64,000 nucleotides of DNA, taken from positions 4,249-68,248 of the forward strand of contig JBCCSG010000001.1 of assembly GCA_039200565.1 (NCBI GenBank), in the 5' to 3' direction. Both the position numbers and the translations under genes were made by a program. Each line of letters opens with the position of its first letter. Position 1 is the first letter of the stretch. Source of the stretch: Cyanobacteria bacterium P01_D01_bin.50 (GTDB taxonomy: Bacteria > Cyanobacteriota > Cyanobacteriia > Cyanobacteriales > Nostocaceae). A model generated the notes under the pieces. The model was given only the letters and a program-made list of their open reading frames with translations. It did no database searches and was not told the origin of the DNA. This document shows, piece by piece, positions 44,448 to 52,460 of the stretch.

Positions 44448-45245
44448 TTACTGCTGGCTTTGTTCCCTTTGCAAAACCCGCAACTGTTCCACCGATAACT
44501 CAGTTACTCTCGATATATCTTCTAAAGCCATGCCAGTGCTAAGTAGATTGATAGCGACTTGTTGTAAAGTTTCGGCTTTACCTTCGGCTCTACCTTCGGC
44601 TTTGCCTTTTTCTTCTCCTTCTTGCAAGATTTCTTGATAAATAGGTGATTCGCGCATAATATCTGACCTCAAAATTCTTCTTATTAAGTCTTTATTCAAT
44701 ACTAAACCAGCCAAAATTGCAGTGGATGCAGCAACGTTACTTTGAGTGCGGTTGTCTGGAATATCGTTTATTTCTCTGGCAACTTGGTTTAATACGTTTT
44801 CAGGATTCGGGGTATTGCTCAATACGGCAAATGGTAGTAACCCAGGGTTTTCTAGAAAAACTTCGGGAGGTTGTTCCCACAGTCGAATGATTTCAAATTC
44901 ATGACGGGTACGAGTTAAGGAAAATGTGTTTTGATAAACCAATTCTGAATTTGTCCGATTAAGGTAAATCACAACTTGATGCATTTCCTTATCAGGAAAG
45001 CGGCGATAACCCCGGATACGGTAATCTATCGTTCGGAAGGGAATTTCTTTATCTGGTTGAGTTTGGAACTCTATATGCAAGATTTTCTCATCTGATTGAA
45101 GCAAAATTAAGGCATCTGCACGAATCGGTTCGAGTGAAAGTTCTTTTGGACTAAGTTCGGTTAAGTTGATGGGTTCTCCCAACAGCCAATTAGCAAAGTC
45201 CCTTGAGAAGTTTTCAGCTAAAAATTTACAGATATTGTCAAACAT
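44448..45245 (-). CDS. Rpn-family (YhgA-like, PD-(D/E)xK) recombination-promoting nuclease / putative transposase with C-terminal DUF4351-like domain
   Basis: MFDNICKFLAENFSRDFANWLLGEP...LEPIRADALILLQSDEKILHIEFQTQPDKEIPFRTIDYRIRGYRRFPDKEMHQVVIYL is the characteristic cyanobacterial Rpn/DUF2887 N-terminal nuclease core. The C-terminal RESPIYQEILQEG...LSTGMALEDISRVTELSVEQL is DUF4351-like. Confidence 0.8.
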   Translation of the reverse strand: MFDNICKFLAENFSRDFANWLLGEPINLTELSPKELSLEPIRADALILLQSDEKILHIEFQTQPDKEIPFRTIDYRIRGYRRFPDKEMHQVVIYLNRTNSELVYQNTFSLTRTRHEFEIIRLWEQPPEVFLENPGLLPFAVLSNTPNPENVLNQVAREINDIPDNRTQSNVAASTAILAGLVLNKDLIRRILRSDIMRESPIYQEILQEGEEKGKAEGRAEGKAETLQQVAINLLSTGMALEDISRVTELSVEQLRVLQREQSQQ

Positions 45246-45638
45246 TCCCAGATTTTACCAAGCAAGGTTGACTTATTTATTTAAGCAATTTCAAGTAAAA
45301 TAGCTAAGAATTGTTTTTATTTAAACCTAGATTAATTAGTAGCTGTAAACACTTATTTAAGAATTAATAACAAATTTATACTGCTGAAATTTAGATATTA
45401 ATTCATCTATATACAAAATAGGCAATTTATATTGCGTTCCTATGTTACATACCTATATAAGTTATTTTTACTAAGTATTTCGGCAGTCACTCGTTTTAAT
45501 AAAGTGACTTAGACAACCCTTATTTATTACTTGTCAAAGTAATTTACTACTAAGCGCGAAAATGTAGCTTTTTTACTAGAAAATACTATAAATAACAGAA
45601 TAAAATAATACATCTACGCATGAGGTAGGTTAGCGCTA

Positions 45639-47423
45639 ATGTACCCAACCCCAAAACAACAAGCAGCTGACGAAACTACTCCACCCGATAAGCTTAGGGT
45701 TCTTGCTTATGAAAGTATAGAACTGGGAAGGTTGGTGGCAGCAAATCCCGGTGCAGAGCCGGAATTATTGCGGGAGTTGGCATCGAGTGAAGATAAGGCT
45801 ACCCGCGAAGCTGTAACGACAAATCCCAATACGCCGACTGATGTGCTGCTAAAATTGGCGGGGGATTTTCCGCAATCATTTTTTTCAAATCCAGTATTAT
45901 CTCTATTAATGCTGGAAAATCCGAATTTAGCAACAGACATATCGTATTGGTCTTTGTTAAAGCTGTTAAAACAAGATGATGCGCCAGAGTGGTTTTTGGC
46001 TTGTGCAGCAATGCATTCCAATTCTCTGGTATTGGAAGCTGTAGCCAAACACAAACAAGTTTCGGAACGGGTTTTAGAACAGTTAGCAATTAAGAGTAGG
46101 TACGATCCAGAATTGGGTTTATGTATTGCACAACGCAAAGATGTATCCCAAAGGGTTTTAGAGAAGTTAGCGGAACATGGTGCGGGTTCAGTTCGCTTGC
46201 ATCTGGCTACATGGCCGAAAATTCCTGTTAGGGTTTTGGAAATTTTAGTCGAAAATCCAGAACCAAATTTTAATTTAAGGGTGGCTATTGAAACAAGTAT
46301 CGCTAAAAACCCCAATACGCCGCTAAATGTTCTTGAAACATTGATTAAGGTTCCTTATACCAAAGTCAAAAATGCGATCGCCAAACGTTCTGACTTACCC
46401 AAGCATCTGATAATCGAATTGGCGAAAGATTATCGGGTGCATACGATGAATTTTCTCCCTGAAAATCCCCATATCCCTAGTAGTTGGTTAGAGGAAATGG
46501 CTTCTCATCCTATTGAACGGGTGCGTCAAATGGTAGCAAGACATCCCAACACACCAGCATATTTACTAGTAGAAGGAGCAAAAGATTTAGAACTGCGTCA
46601 GTTTGTTGCTGAAAACCCCAGTACACCTCCAGAAGTTCTCGAAGAATTAGCAATGGATAGCCGGGGAGATATACAGGCTGCTGTCGCTAGGAATCCCAAT
46701 ACTCCAGGTTACGTATTGGAAATATTGGGTAGTACGCCCTTTCATGACTTGTTGTTAGCACGTCATCCTAATACTCCAGATTCTACCCTACAAAGAGTAC
46801 TCTGGCGTTTGGCATTAGACGAACGTTTATCTGTTCGCAAATATGTAGCTCAGCACAGCTTTACACCAGTGTCAATTTTGACACAGTGGGCAAATAATTC
46901 ACCGGAGCTTCGTCCATGGATTGCCTTAAATACTCGCACTCCGTCGCGTATCTTAGAGCAACTTGCCAAGGATACATCGAAAGATGTGCGTTATGGTGTG
47001 GCAAAAAATATTAATACTCCTCCCCAAGTTTTGGAAAAACTGGCTGAAGATTGGCGATTGGAAGTGCGTCAGGCTGTAGCTAGCAATCCTAAAACACCTG
47101 GAGATGTTCTGGAGATATTAATTAAGGATTGGCACTTGCGTTCATTTATTGCTCAAAACCCTAACACTCCAGCAACGGCATTAGAGCATCTCACGCAATT
47201 TTTCCGATATGACTGGTATATAGTACAGCATCCAAACACGCCACCTCAACTACGGCAGAAGTTATTAGAAGAATTTTCTACCAGCGTTGTCGAAACAGAA
47301 AGATTATTTGTAGCAAGACATGCAGAAACACCTATAGAGATTTTAGAACACCTAACCGAGGATGAAGACCCAGTTGTTTCTAAAGCCGCAAAACGTTCGT
47401 TGAGGAAACGCCAGGAAAGTTGA
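45639..47423 (+). CDS. LRV-type (leucine-rich repeat variant / HEAT-like) alpha-solenoid repeat protein, paralogue 1
   Basis: 594 aa. About 13 units carry the hallmark (N/H)P(N)TPxxxLxxLA followed by xxVRxxVA (e.g. TTNPNTPTDVLLKLA, ARNPNTPGYVLEIL, ASNPKTPGDVLEIL). There is no catalytic motif, signal peptide or TM segment. Confidence 0.8.
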   Translation: MYPTPKQQAADETTPPDKLRVLAYESIELGRLVAANPGAEPELLRELASSEDKATREAVTTNPNTPTDVLLKLAGDFPQSFFSNPVLSLLMLENPNLATDISYWSLLKLLKQDDAPEWFLACAAMHSNSLVLEAVAKHKQVSERVLEQLAIKSRYDPELGLCIAQRKDVSQRVLEKLAEHGAGSVRLHLATWPKIPVRVLEILVENPEPNFNLRVAIETSIAKNPNTPLNVLETLIKVPYTKVKNAIAKRSDLPKHLIIELAKDYRVHTMNFLPENPHIPSSWLEEMASHPIERVRQMVARHPNTPAYLLVEGAKDLELRQFVAENPSTPPEVLEELAMDSRGDIQAAVARNPNTPGYVLEILGSTPFHDLLLARHPNTPDSTLQRVLWRLALDERLSVRKYVAQHSFTPVSILTQWANNSPELRPWIALNTRTPSRILEQLAKDTSKDVRYGVAKNINTPPQVLEKLAEDWRLEVRQAVASNPKTPGDVLEILIKDWHLRSFIAQNPNTPATALEHLTQFFRYDWYIVQHPNTPPQLRQKLLEEFSTSVVETERLFVARHAETPIEILEHLTEDEDPVVSKAAKRSLRKRQES

Positions 47424-47432
47424 TCAGGAAAT

Positions 47433-47521
47433 GGGGAGATAGGGAGAAAAATAATTCCTTACTCCTAACTCCTAACTCCGCGAGCACCTAACTACTAACC
47501 ACTAACCACTATCCAAAATCC
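47433..47521. repeat. short compound STRR spacer (GGGGAGAT x2, CTCCTAA x2.5, CTAAC-type units, CCAAAAT)
   Basis: ggggagatagggagaaaaataattccttactcctaactcctaactcc...ctaactactaaccactaaccactatccaaaatcc. It fills the whole LRV-MoxR intergenic gap. Confidence 0.85.
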
Positions 47522-47522
47522 T

Positions 47523-48524
47523 ATGACTCCTAGCGAACTTAAAGTATTTTTAGACCAGCTTATCCGTAATAATATTCAAATCAGTACCATGATTTGGGGA
47601 CCTCCCGGTATTGGTAAATCTAGTATTGTTGGTCAGTTAGCACGAGAAAGTGACATTCAATTCGTAGATGTAAGACTGTCTCAATTAGCACCTACTGATT
47701 TGCGGGGTTTGCCGGTTGCTGAAGGTGGTATTTCTAAGTGGTTTCCACCGGAATTTCTGCCACGTAAGGGTAAAGGTATATTATTCCTTGATGAGTTAAA
47801 TATGGCTCCTCCAGCAATGCAGGGAGTGGCACAACAGTTGATTTTAGACCGCTGCGTAGGCTCCTACGAAGTACCAGATGGTTGGTTTGTATGGGCAGCA
47901 GGAAACCGTAAAGAAGATCGTGCAGCTGTATTTGATATGCCTTCGCCTTTGGCAAATAGATTTTTGCATCTAGAAGTACAACCAGATTTTGAAAGCTTCA
48001 AATCTTATGCTTTAGAAAAAGGCGTACACGAGCAGATAATTGCTTTTCTTTCTTTCCGCACCACTTTATTACATAAAATAGATTCCCAACAACCAGCTTG
48101 GCCCTCTCCTCGTTCTTGGGTTATGGCAAGTGCTTTACATTGTGCCGGATTAGCCATTAATCCAGCAGTAGGTACGGCTGCCGCCACTGAGTTTTGTTCA
48201 TACATTGCAATGTACGAAAATATACCCAATCTAATCGCCATTTTGGAAGGAAAAGGGGAAACTATCCACTTTCCTAAAGAACCCAGCGTTAGATACGCAA
48301 CAGTAATTGGGTTAACTGTACGTGCAGATAATGCCAATCAAGCGCTACATGCCTTCAACTGGTTAAATCGAGTTGCAACAACTGAATGGGTAAGACTTTT
48401 CGCTGTAGATTTATCGCGAGTTATGGAAAGTAAAGGTAAGCGAGGAGTTTTAGCTAATTTATTGAGTAAAGAACCAGAATTCAAGAAATTATTGCAAGAT
48501 TATCTAGAATCACAGAAGCCCTAA
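47523..48524 (+). CDS. MoxR-like AAA+ ATPase (AAA_5 type)
   Basis: 333 aa, single AAA module. Walker A WGPPGIGKSS, Walker B GILFLDELNMA, then VWAAGNRKEDR and LANRFLHLEV blocks typical of MoxR/AAA_5 proteins. Confidence 0.85.
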   Translation: MTPSELKVFLDQLIRNNIQISTMIWGPPGIGKSSIVGQLARESDIQFVDVRLSQLAPTDLRGLPVAEGGISKWFPPEFLPRKGKGILFLDELNMAPPAMQGVAQQLILDRCVGSYEVPDGWFVWAAGNRKEDRAAVFDMPSPLANRFLHLEVQPDFESFKSYALEKGVHEQIIAFLSFRTTLLHKIDSQQPAWPSPRSWVMASALHCAGLAINPAVGTAAATEFCSYIAMYENIPNLIAILEGKGETIHFPKEPSVRYATVIGLTVRADNANQALHAFNWLNRVATTEWVRLFAVDLSRVMESKGKRGVLANLLSKEPEFKKLLQDYLESQKP

Positions 48525-48756
48525 GTTGATAGTTGTTAGTTGTTAGTTGTTAGTTGATGGTTGATAGTTGTTAGTTGATAGTTACTTTTTATTTGGAAGT
48601 TCATATTGTTTTCTAACTACTAACCACCAACTCCTAACTCCTAACTCCTAACTCCTAACTCCTAACTCCTAACTCCTAACTCCTAACCACCAACTCCTAA
48701 CTCCTAACTCCTAACTCCTAACTCCTAACTCCTAACTCCTAACTCCTAACCACTAA
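48525..48756. repeat. two opposed heptamer arrays filling the MoxR-VWA spacer: (GTTAGTT/GTTGATA)n 48525-48584 and [(CTCCTAA)8-CCACYAA]x2 48613-48756
   Basis: Read directly. Sixteen perfect CTCCTAA units lie in two blocks of eight (48631-48686 and 48694-48749), each followed by CCACCAA/CCACTAA. Confidence 0.95.
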
Positions 48757-48766
48757 TTATTTTAAA

Positions 48767-49984
48767 ATGACTGAAGATATACAAAAAAGTATCAGTTCCT
48801 CTTTGTTACGTCTGCAAACGAAATCGCCATTTTTCGCAACGCTGGCAATGTTTGCTCGTTTTGTTCCTACGGAGAAATTACCAACTGCTGCTACTGATGG
48901 TAAAGATATTTTCTATAATGTAGAGTTTTTATTATCTTTAACTCCAAAGCAACTTGATGGTGTGTTATTACACGAAGTTTTACATGCAGCGCTGCTTCAC
49001 GTGCCGCGTCGGGGTGTAAGGGATGCTCAGTTGTGGAATATTGCGGCTGATATCGTTATCAACGGTATGATTGCGACTCATGGCTTTGAGTTACCAGAGG
49101 GAACTTTAAGAGAAGTTAATTTAGAGCATTTAAGTGTTGAGGAAGTTTATGAAATCCTACTTCAAGATGCCGATAATGCACCGCAATTAACTAATCCCGA
49201 TTTACTCGATAATCCACCCGAAGATGCTGGTGGCGAGCAACAAAAAGGTAATAAGGGAGAGACTCAGGAAGGGGAACAAAAGGAAGGAAAAGGAGAAAGT
49301 TCGCCGGCTTCCCAAGGTGGTGATAGCATGTCTCAAGCCAAAAAAGCTGCAATGGAAGCGCATTGGCGAAATGCGATGCAACAAGCTGCAACTGTGGCTC
49401 GTACGGCAAATAAAGGGAATCTTGGGGGAGGTATTGAACGAGAGTTGGAAAATTTAAATTCCGCTCAAATTGATTGGCGCTCTTATTTATGGCGATATTT
49501 AGTACAAACCCCTACTGACTTTTCCGGATTCGATCGCCGTTTTATTGGCCGCAGGCTATATCTGGAAAGCTTACAAGGAGAATCGATTCGGGTTTATTTA
49601 GCTTTGGATACCAGTGGCTCGATTGATACAAAATTATTGGGTTTATTTTTCTCGGAAGTGCAGGGAATTTTAAGTTCTTACCCCCACATCAAATGCGAGT
49701 TTTATTACGTTGATGCCGAAGTTTATGGCCCCTATGAAATCAAGGCCGATTCTATGCCACCAAAGCCCCAAGGTGGTGGCGGTACTTCTTTTGTTCCTTT
49801 CTTTGATAAGGTTGCTCAAAGATGGGATGGACAAACTCAGGGAGTATGTGTTTATTTAACAGATGGCTATGGTACTTTCCCTGATACAACACCGGAATTA
49901 CCTGTGTTGTGGGTAGTTACTCCCGGTGGTTTGTCATTAGAAGAGTTTCCTTTTGGGGAAGCTGTACGATTGTTATCCGTTTAA
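48767..49984 (+). CDS. HExxH metallopeptidase-like domain + VWA-like domain protein (DUF2201_N/DUF2201 architecture)
   Basis: 405 aa. HExxH in GVLLHEVLHAALLHVPRR, a low-complexity acidic/basic linker EDAGGEQQKGNKGETQEGEQKEGKGESS, and a VWA-like C-terminal half with MIDAS DxSxS (YLALDTSGSID). Confidence 0.8.
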   Translation: MTEDIQKSISSSLLRLQTKSPFFATLAMFARFVPTEKLPTAATDGKDIFYNVEFLLSLTPKQLDGVLLHEVLHAALLHVPRRGVRDAQLWNIAADIVINGMIATHGFELPEGTLREVNLEHLSVEEVYEILLQDADNAPQLTNPDLLDNPPEDAGGEQQKGNKGETQEGEQKEGKGESSPASQGGDSMSQAKKAAMEAHWRNAMQQAATVARTANKGNLGGGIERELENLNSAQIDWRSYLWRYLVQTPTDFSGFDRRFIGRRLYLESLQGESIRVYLALDTSGSIDTKLLGLFFSEVQGILSSYPHIKCEFYYVDAEVYGPYEIKADSMPPKPQGGGGTSFVPFFDKVAQRWDGQTQGVCVYLTDGYGTFPDTTPELPVLWVVTPGGLSLEEFPFGEAVRLLSV

Positions 49985-50004
49985 ATAAATATTGTTCCAT
50001 AAAC

Positions 50005-50180
50005 CACTAGGGTGTTTTTTCAAATCCGCCGTCACCCTATAAGGGTGCGGCTATAGGTACAAAGTCTGCTGTAGCAGCAGACTATGAAAAACTTGAGTTT
50101 TTTAGCCCTTTAAGGGCTTTGTAATTGTAGCTCCAGGCTTTAGCCTGAGAGCGGTTGGGGTATGAAAACACGCCCTAATG
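50005..50180. mobile_element. MITE-like ~176-bp element: imperfect 20-bp terminal inverted repeats enclosing four short hairpins
   Basis: TIRs are cactagggtgttttttcaaa (50005-50024) versus the reverse complement of tatgaaaacacgccctaatg (50161-50180), 16/20 matches. Internal hairpins: gccgtcaccc/gggtgcggc (50028-50051), agtctgctg-tag-cagcagact (50063-50083, perfect 9 bp), agccc/gggct (50104-50118), caggc/gcctg (50134-50147). Confidence 0.5.
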
Positions 50181-50284
50181 TCCCAGAGGTGACATATCAC
50201 GTCTGCGACAATGTATTTTGGTTGTTTGATGAATCATTTCAAAAAATACAAATATATCTTGTAACCCTACTCAAGGGGGAATAT

Positions 50285-51211
50285 TTACAAATTTTGGGCG
50301 ATTAACTCTCCAAGTAAACCACTAAAAACCATCTTTAAATTTAGAGTATAATCAATATGTCTAAATGTCTCTTCTAAGGGAAGTAAAGTCCTTTTCCATC
50401 CCAAACCATCAGTAACCCAAATAAATTTATGTCCTTGTATGGATATAAAATCAAATAAATTTTTATACTCTCCTGCGGTTGCATTTAATTTAGAACCACC
50501 CCCACCATAAAAATTAGATTTAATTAAATAGAGATGATTGTGATTTTTCACCGCAAAATCAAAACGCCGACTCGATTTATCTACTTCAACATCTATATTC
50601 CATTGCTTTTTTATTTTGTCAGATGTCGCTTGTAAAATAAATAAAAAATTATTTTCCTGACAGATTGTAGTAATTAAACTTTCTAAGATCGTTTCCATGG
50701 TGTTTCCACCACGATTTTTTCTACCGTTTGTATCTAAACCGACTTCGATTCCTAATACATAATCTGGAATACTTTTGAGGGTTTTATTTCTAAATAATTC
50801 TAATACACCTGTATTTCTAGTGAATTCGACAATATTATCAATATCTTGATTCGACAAAGTTTTTTTGTTATTAAAATTAAATGATTTATAGCTAAAATTA
50901 TTATTCCTGTAATCTGTTAATATCTCAAAGTTAGAAGTACGGCAAGCAATTAAAATAGGTATAACATGAATCATTTGAGGACTTTGTTTTAATAAAATAC
51001 GAAATTCATTTTCTATATCTTCTTTGCCAATTAAGTAATTTAATGTATTTAAATGAATTTCTATGGCTCTAAATTTTTCTAGTACTTTTTGCCAATTAAC
51101 AAAATAATCCCATCCTGTTATTGAATCTGTTAACGTATTTTGAAAATACTGAAACACTTCTGATTCATCAGAACAGTTTAAATACTTTTTAAATAAAAAA
51201 TTAAATTTCAT
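50285..51211 (-). CDS. type II restriction endonuclease, DpnII/MboI family (predicted GATC specificity)
   Basis: 308 aa. The blocks GIEVGLDTNGRKNRGG, RRFDFAVK, NFYGGGGSKLNATAGEY and WVTDGLGW parallel the conserved blocks of R.DpnII as I recall them (GVEVGMDTNGRKNRTG, KRFDFVIK, NFYSGSGSKLNETA, WITDGQGW). Confidence 0.85.
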   Translation of the reverse strand: MKFNFLFKKYLNCSDESEVFQYFQNTLTDSITGWDYFVNWQKVLEKFRAIEIHLNTLNYLIGKEDIENEFRILLKQSPQMIHVIPILIACRTSNFEILTDYRNNNFSYKSFNFNNKKTLSNQDIDNIVEFTRNTGVLELFRNKTLKSIPDYVLGIEVGLDTNGRKNRGGNTMETILESLITTICQENNFLFILQATSDKIKKQWNIDVEVDKSSRRFDFAVKNHNHLYLIKSNFYGGGGSKLNATAGEYKNLFDFISIQGHKFIWVTDGLGWKRTLLPLEETFRHIDYTLNLKMVFSGLLGELIAQNL

Positions 51212-52148
51212 AGTTCATAATTAATAATTCATTAATAGGGCTGCGCTTTGAAGATTTACTATTTATAAAGCGGGAAGCTTTTACTCTCTCTATACGATAA
51301 TCGGAATAAACCCTGTCAAAAAAATCATCTTCAGGATTATGATTTTTTGGATCGGAATTACTTAAAAGAAGTAAAGCACCTTTTTGATCTAGTTTTTTAT
51401 AGTATTTATATAATCTTATTTGTTCTGAATCTCCAAATATTTGATGGGAATAAGAAGTAAAATTAGATGTATTACTAATAGGTCTATAAGGTGGATCGAA
51501 ATATACAAAAGTATCGCTATCGATAAATTCTTCGTATTGACTAAAATCTGCTTTCACAATTTTTGTTTTTTGCAAAATTTTCGCCACCGCTTTTAAATTT
51601 TCTGGATGACATAAAGATGGTTTTTTATATTTACCGATAGGAACATTAAAATCTCCCTTAGAATTTACTCGAAATAATCCATTAAAACAAGTTTTATTTA
51701 AGAAGATAATTCGTGCAGTTCTCTCGATCCACTCTCCATTATAATTTAGTAAATTTATTTTGTCTCTTCTATAGTTAAATTTTTCTCTCTCTTGATAAAA
51801 ATATCTAGATCTTTGATTTTCATTTAACGATAAATATTTATTTTCAATATCCAATAATTTTTCAATTAATTCATCTACATTTCGCTGAATAGTTTTATAT
51901 GCTAATATCAAATCAGCATTAATATCTGATATCAATAATTCTTTGACTTGGTAATTGTGTGCCAACCAAAAAAATAATGCACCACCACCCATAAAAGGTT
52001 CTACATATTTTGTTATTGAACCATTATTCAATTCTTTCGGTAAAAATTGACTTATTTGTTTGATTAACTGAGTTTTACCGCCAGCCCATTTCAAAAAAGG
52101 CTTTGGCGCTACTGAATAATCAAACACATTTGAAACAGTCGAAACCAT
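51201..52148 (-). CDS. Dam/DpnM-family N6-adenine DNA methyltransferase (predicted GATC)
   Basis: 315 aa. FLKWAGGKTQL, AdoMet motif EPFMGGGALFF, NGLFRVNSKGDFNVP and catalytic FDPPY. It overlaps the downstream endonuclease ORF by 11 bp. Confidence 0.9.
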   Translation of the reverse strand: MVSTVSNVFDYSVAPKPFLKWAGGKTQLIKQISQFLPKELNNGSITKYVEPFMGGGALFFWLAHNYQVKELLISDINADLILAYKTIQRNVDELIEKLLDIENKYLSLNENQRSRYFYQEREKFNYRRDKINLLNYNGEWIERTARIIFLNKTCFNGLFRVNSKGDFNVPIGKYKKPSLCHPENLKAVAKILQKTKIVKADFSQYEEFIDSDTFVYFDPPYRPISNTSNFTSYSHQIFGDSEQIRLYKYYKKLDQKGALLLLSNSDPKNHNPEDDFFDRVYSDYRIERVKASRFINSKSSKRSPINELLIMNYEI

Positions 52149-52401
52149 TAATTACACCTGTACAAACACTATAAATTTACCGAAAAAGAATTCAGTCCGA
52201 TTGAGCCAGAATTCAGTTGGGAATTGCGGTGCAACTGGCGGATGAATCGTGGTTTTAAGCAGAACGTTTTAATCGTGGAGACAAAGAAAATTTTCCTTGG
52301 AAGGAAACCCCTCACTTCAGATATGGGGTATTCTGACTGCTCGATTCTGATTTCTGAATCCTTCTCATTGTGGTTCATCAGTACCATACTGTTATTTAAA
52401 A

Positions 52402-52460
52402 TCACGGGTACCCAATATAATTTTTTTTAGGAGAAAAGAATTATATTGGGAGCCCTTCAC
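52402..52460. repeat. palindromic insertion element, variant copy A (TCAC-GGGTACCC-[palindrome]-GGGAGCCC-TTCAC)
   Basis: tcacgggtacccaatataattttttttaggagaaaagaattatattgggagcccttcac, with a perfect 12-bp stem cccaatataatt / aattatattggg. Confidence 0.75.

Noticed and set aside
45707-46315. 202-aa and 96-aa antisense ORFs inside the LRV1 gene (similar cases: 47734-48337 in MoxR, 52691-53180 in the SH3b-YkuD gene, 53988-54221 and 55469-55669 in LRV2)
   Set aside because: They lie entirely within, and antisense to, ORFs with clear domain signatures, and have no motifs of their own.
48525-48756. Regular repeat arrays (also 56273-56580 and 59283-59372) considered as CRISPR arrays
   Set aside because: The units are 7-8 nt and directly abutting, with no unique spacers. 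CRISPR repeats are ~24-48 nt and are separated by spacers of similar length. No cas genes are in the window.
52169-52430. 78-aa (minus) and 68-aa (plus) overlapping ORFs between the methyltransferase gene and the SH3b-YkuD gene (considered as an R-M controller protein)
   Set aside because: They mutually overlap, show no helix-turn-helix-like or other motif, and the plus-strand one runs into the palindromic insertion element at 52402. They are likely promoter or spacer DNA.
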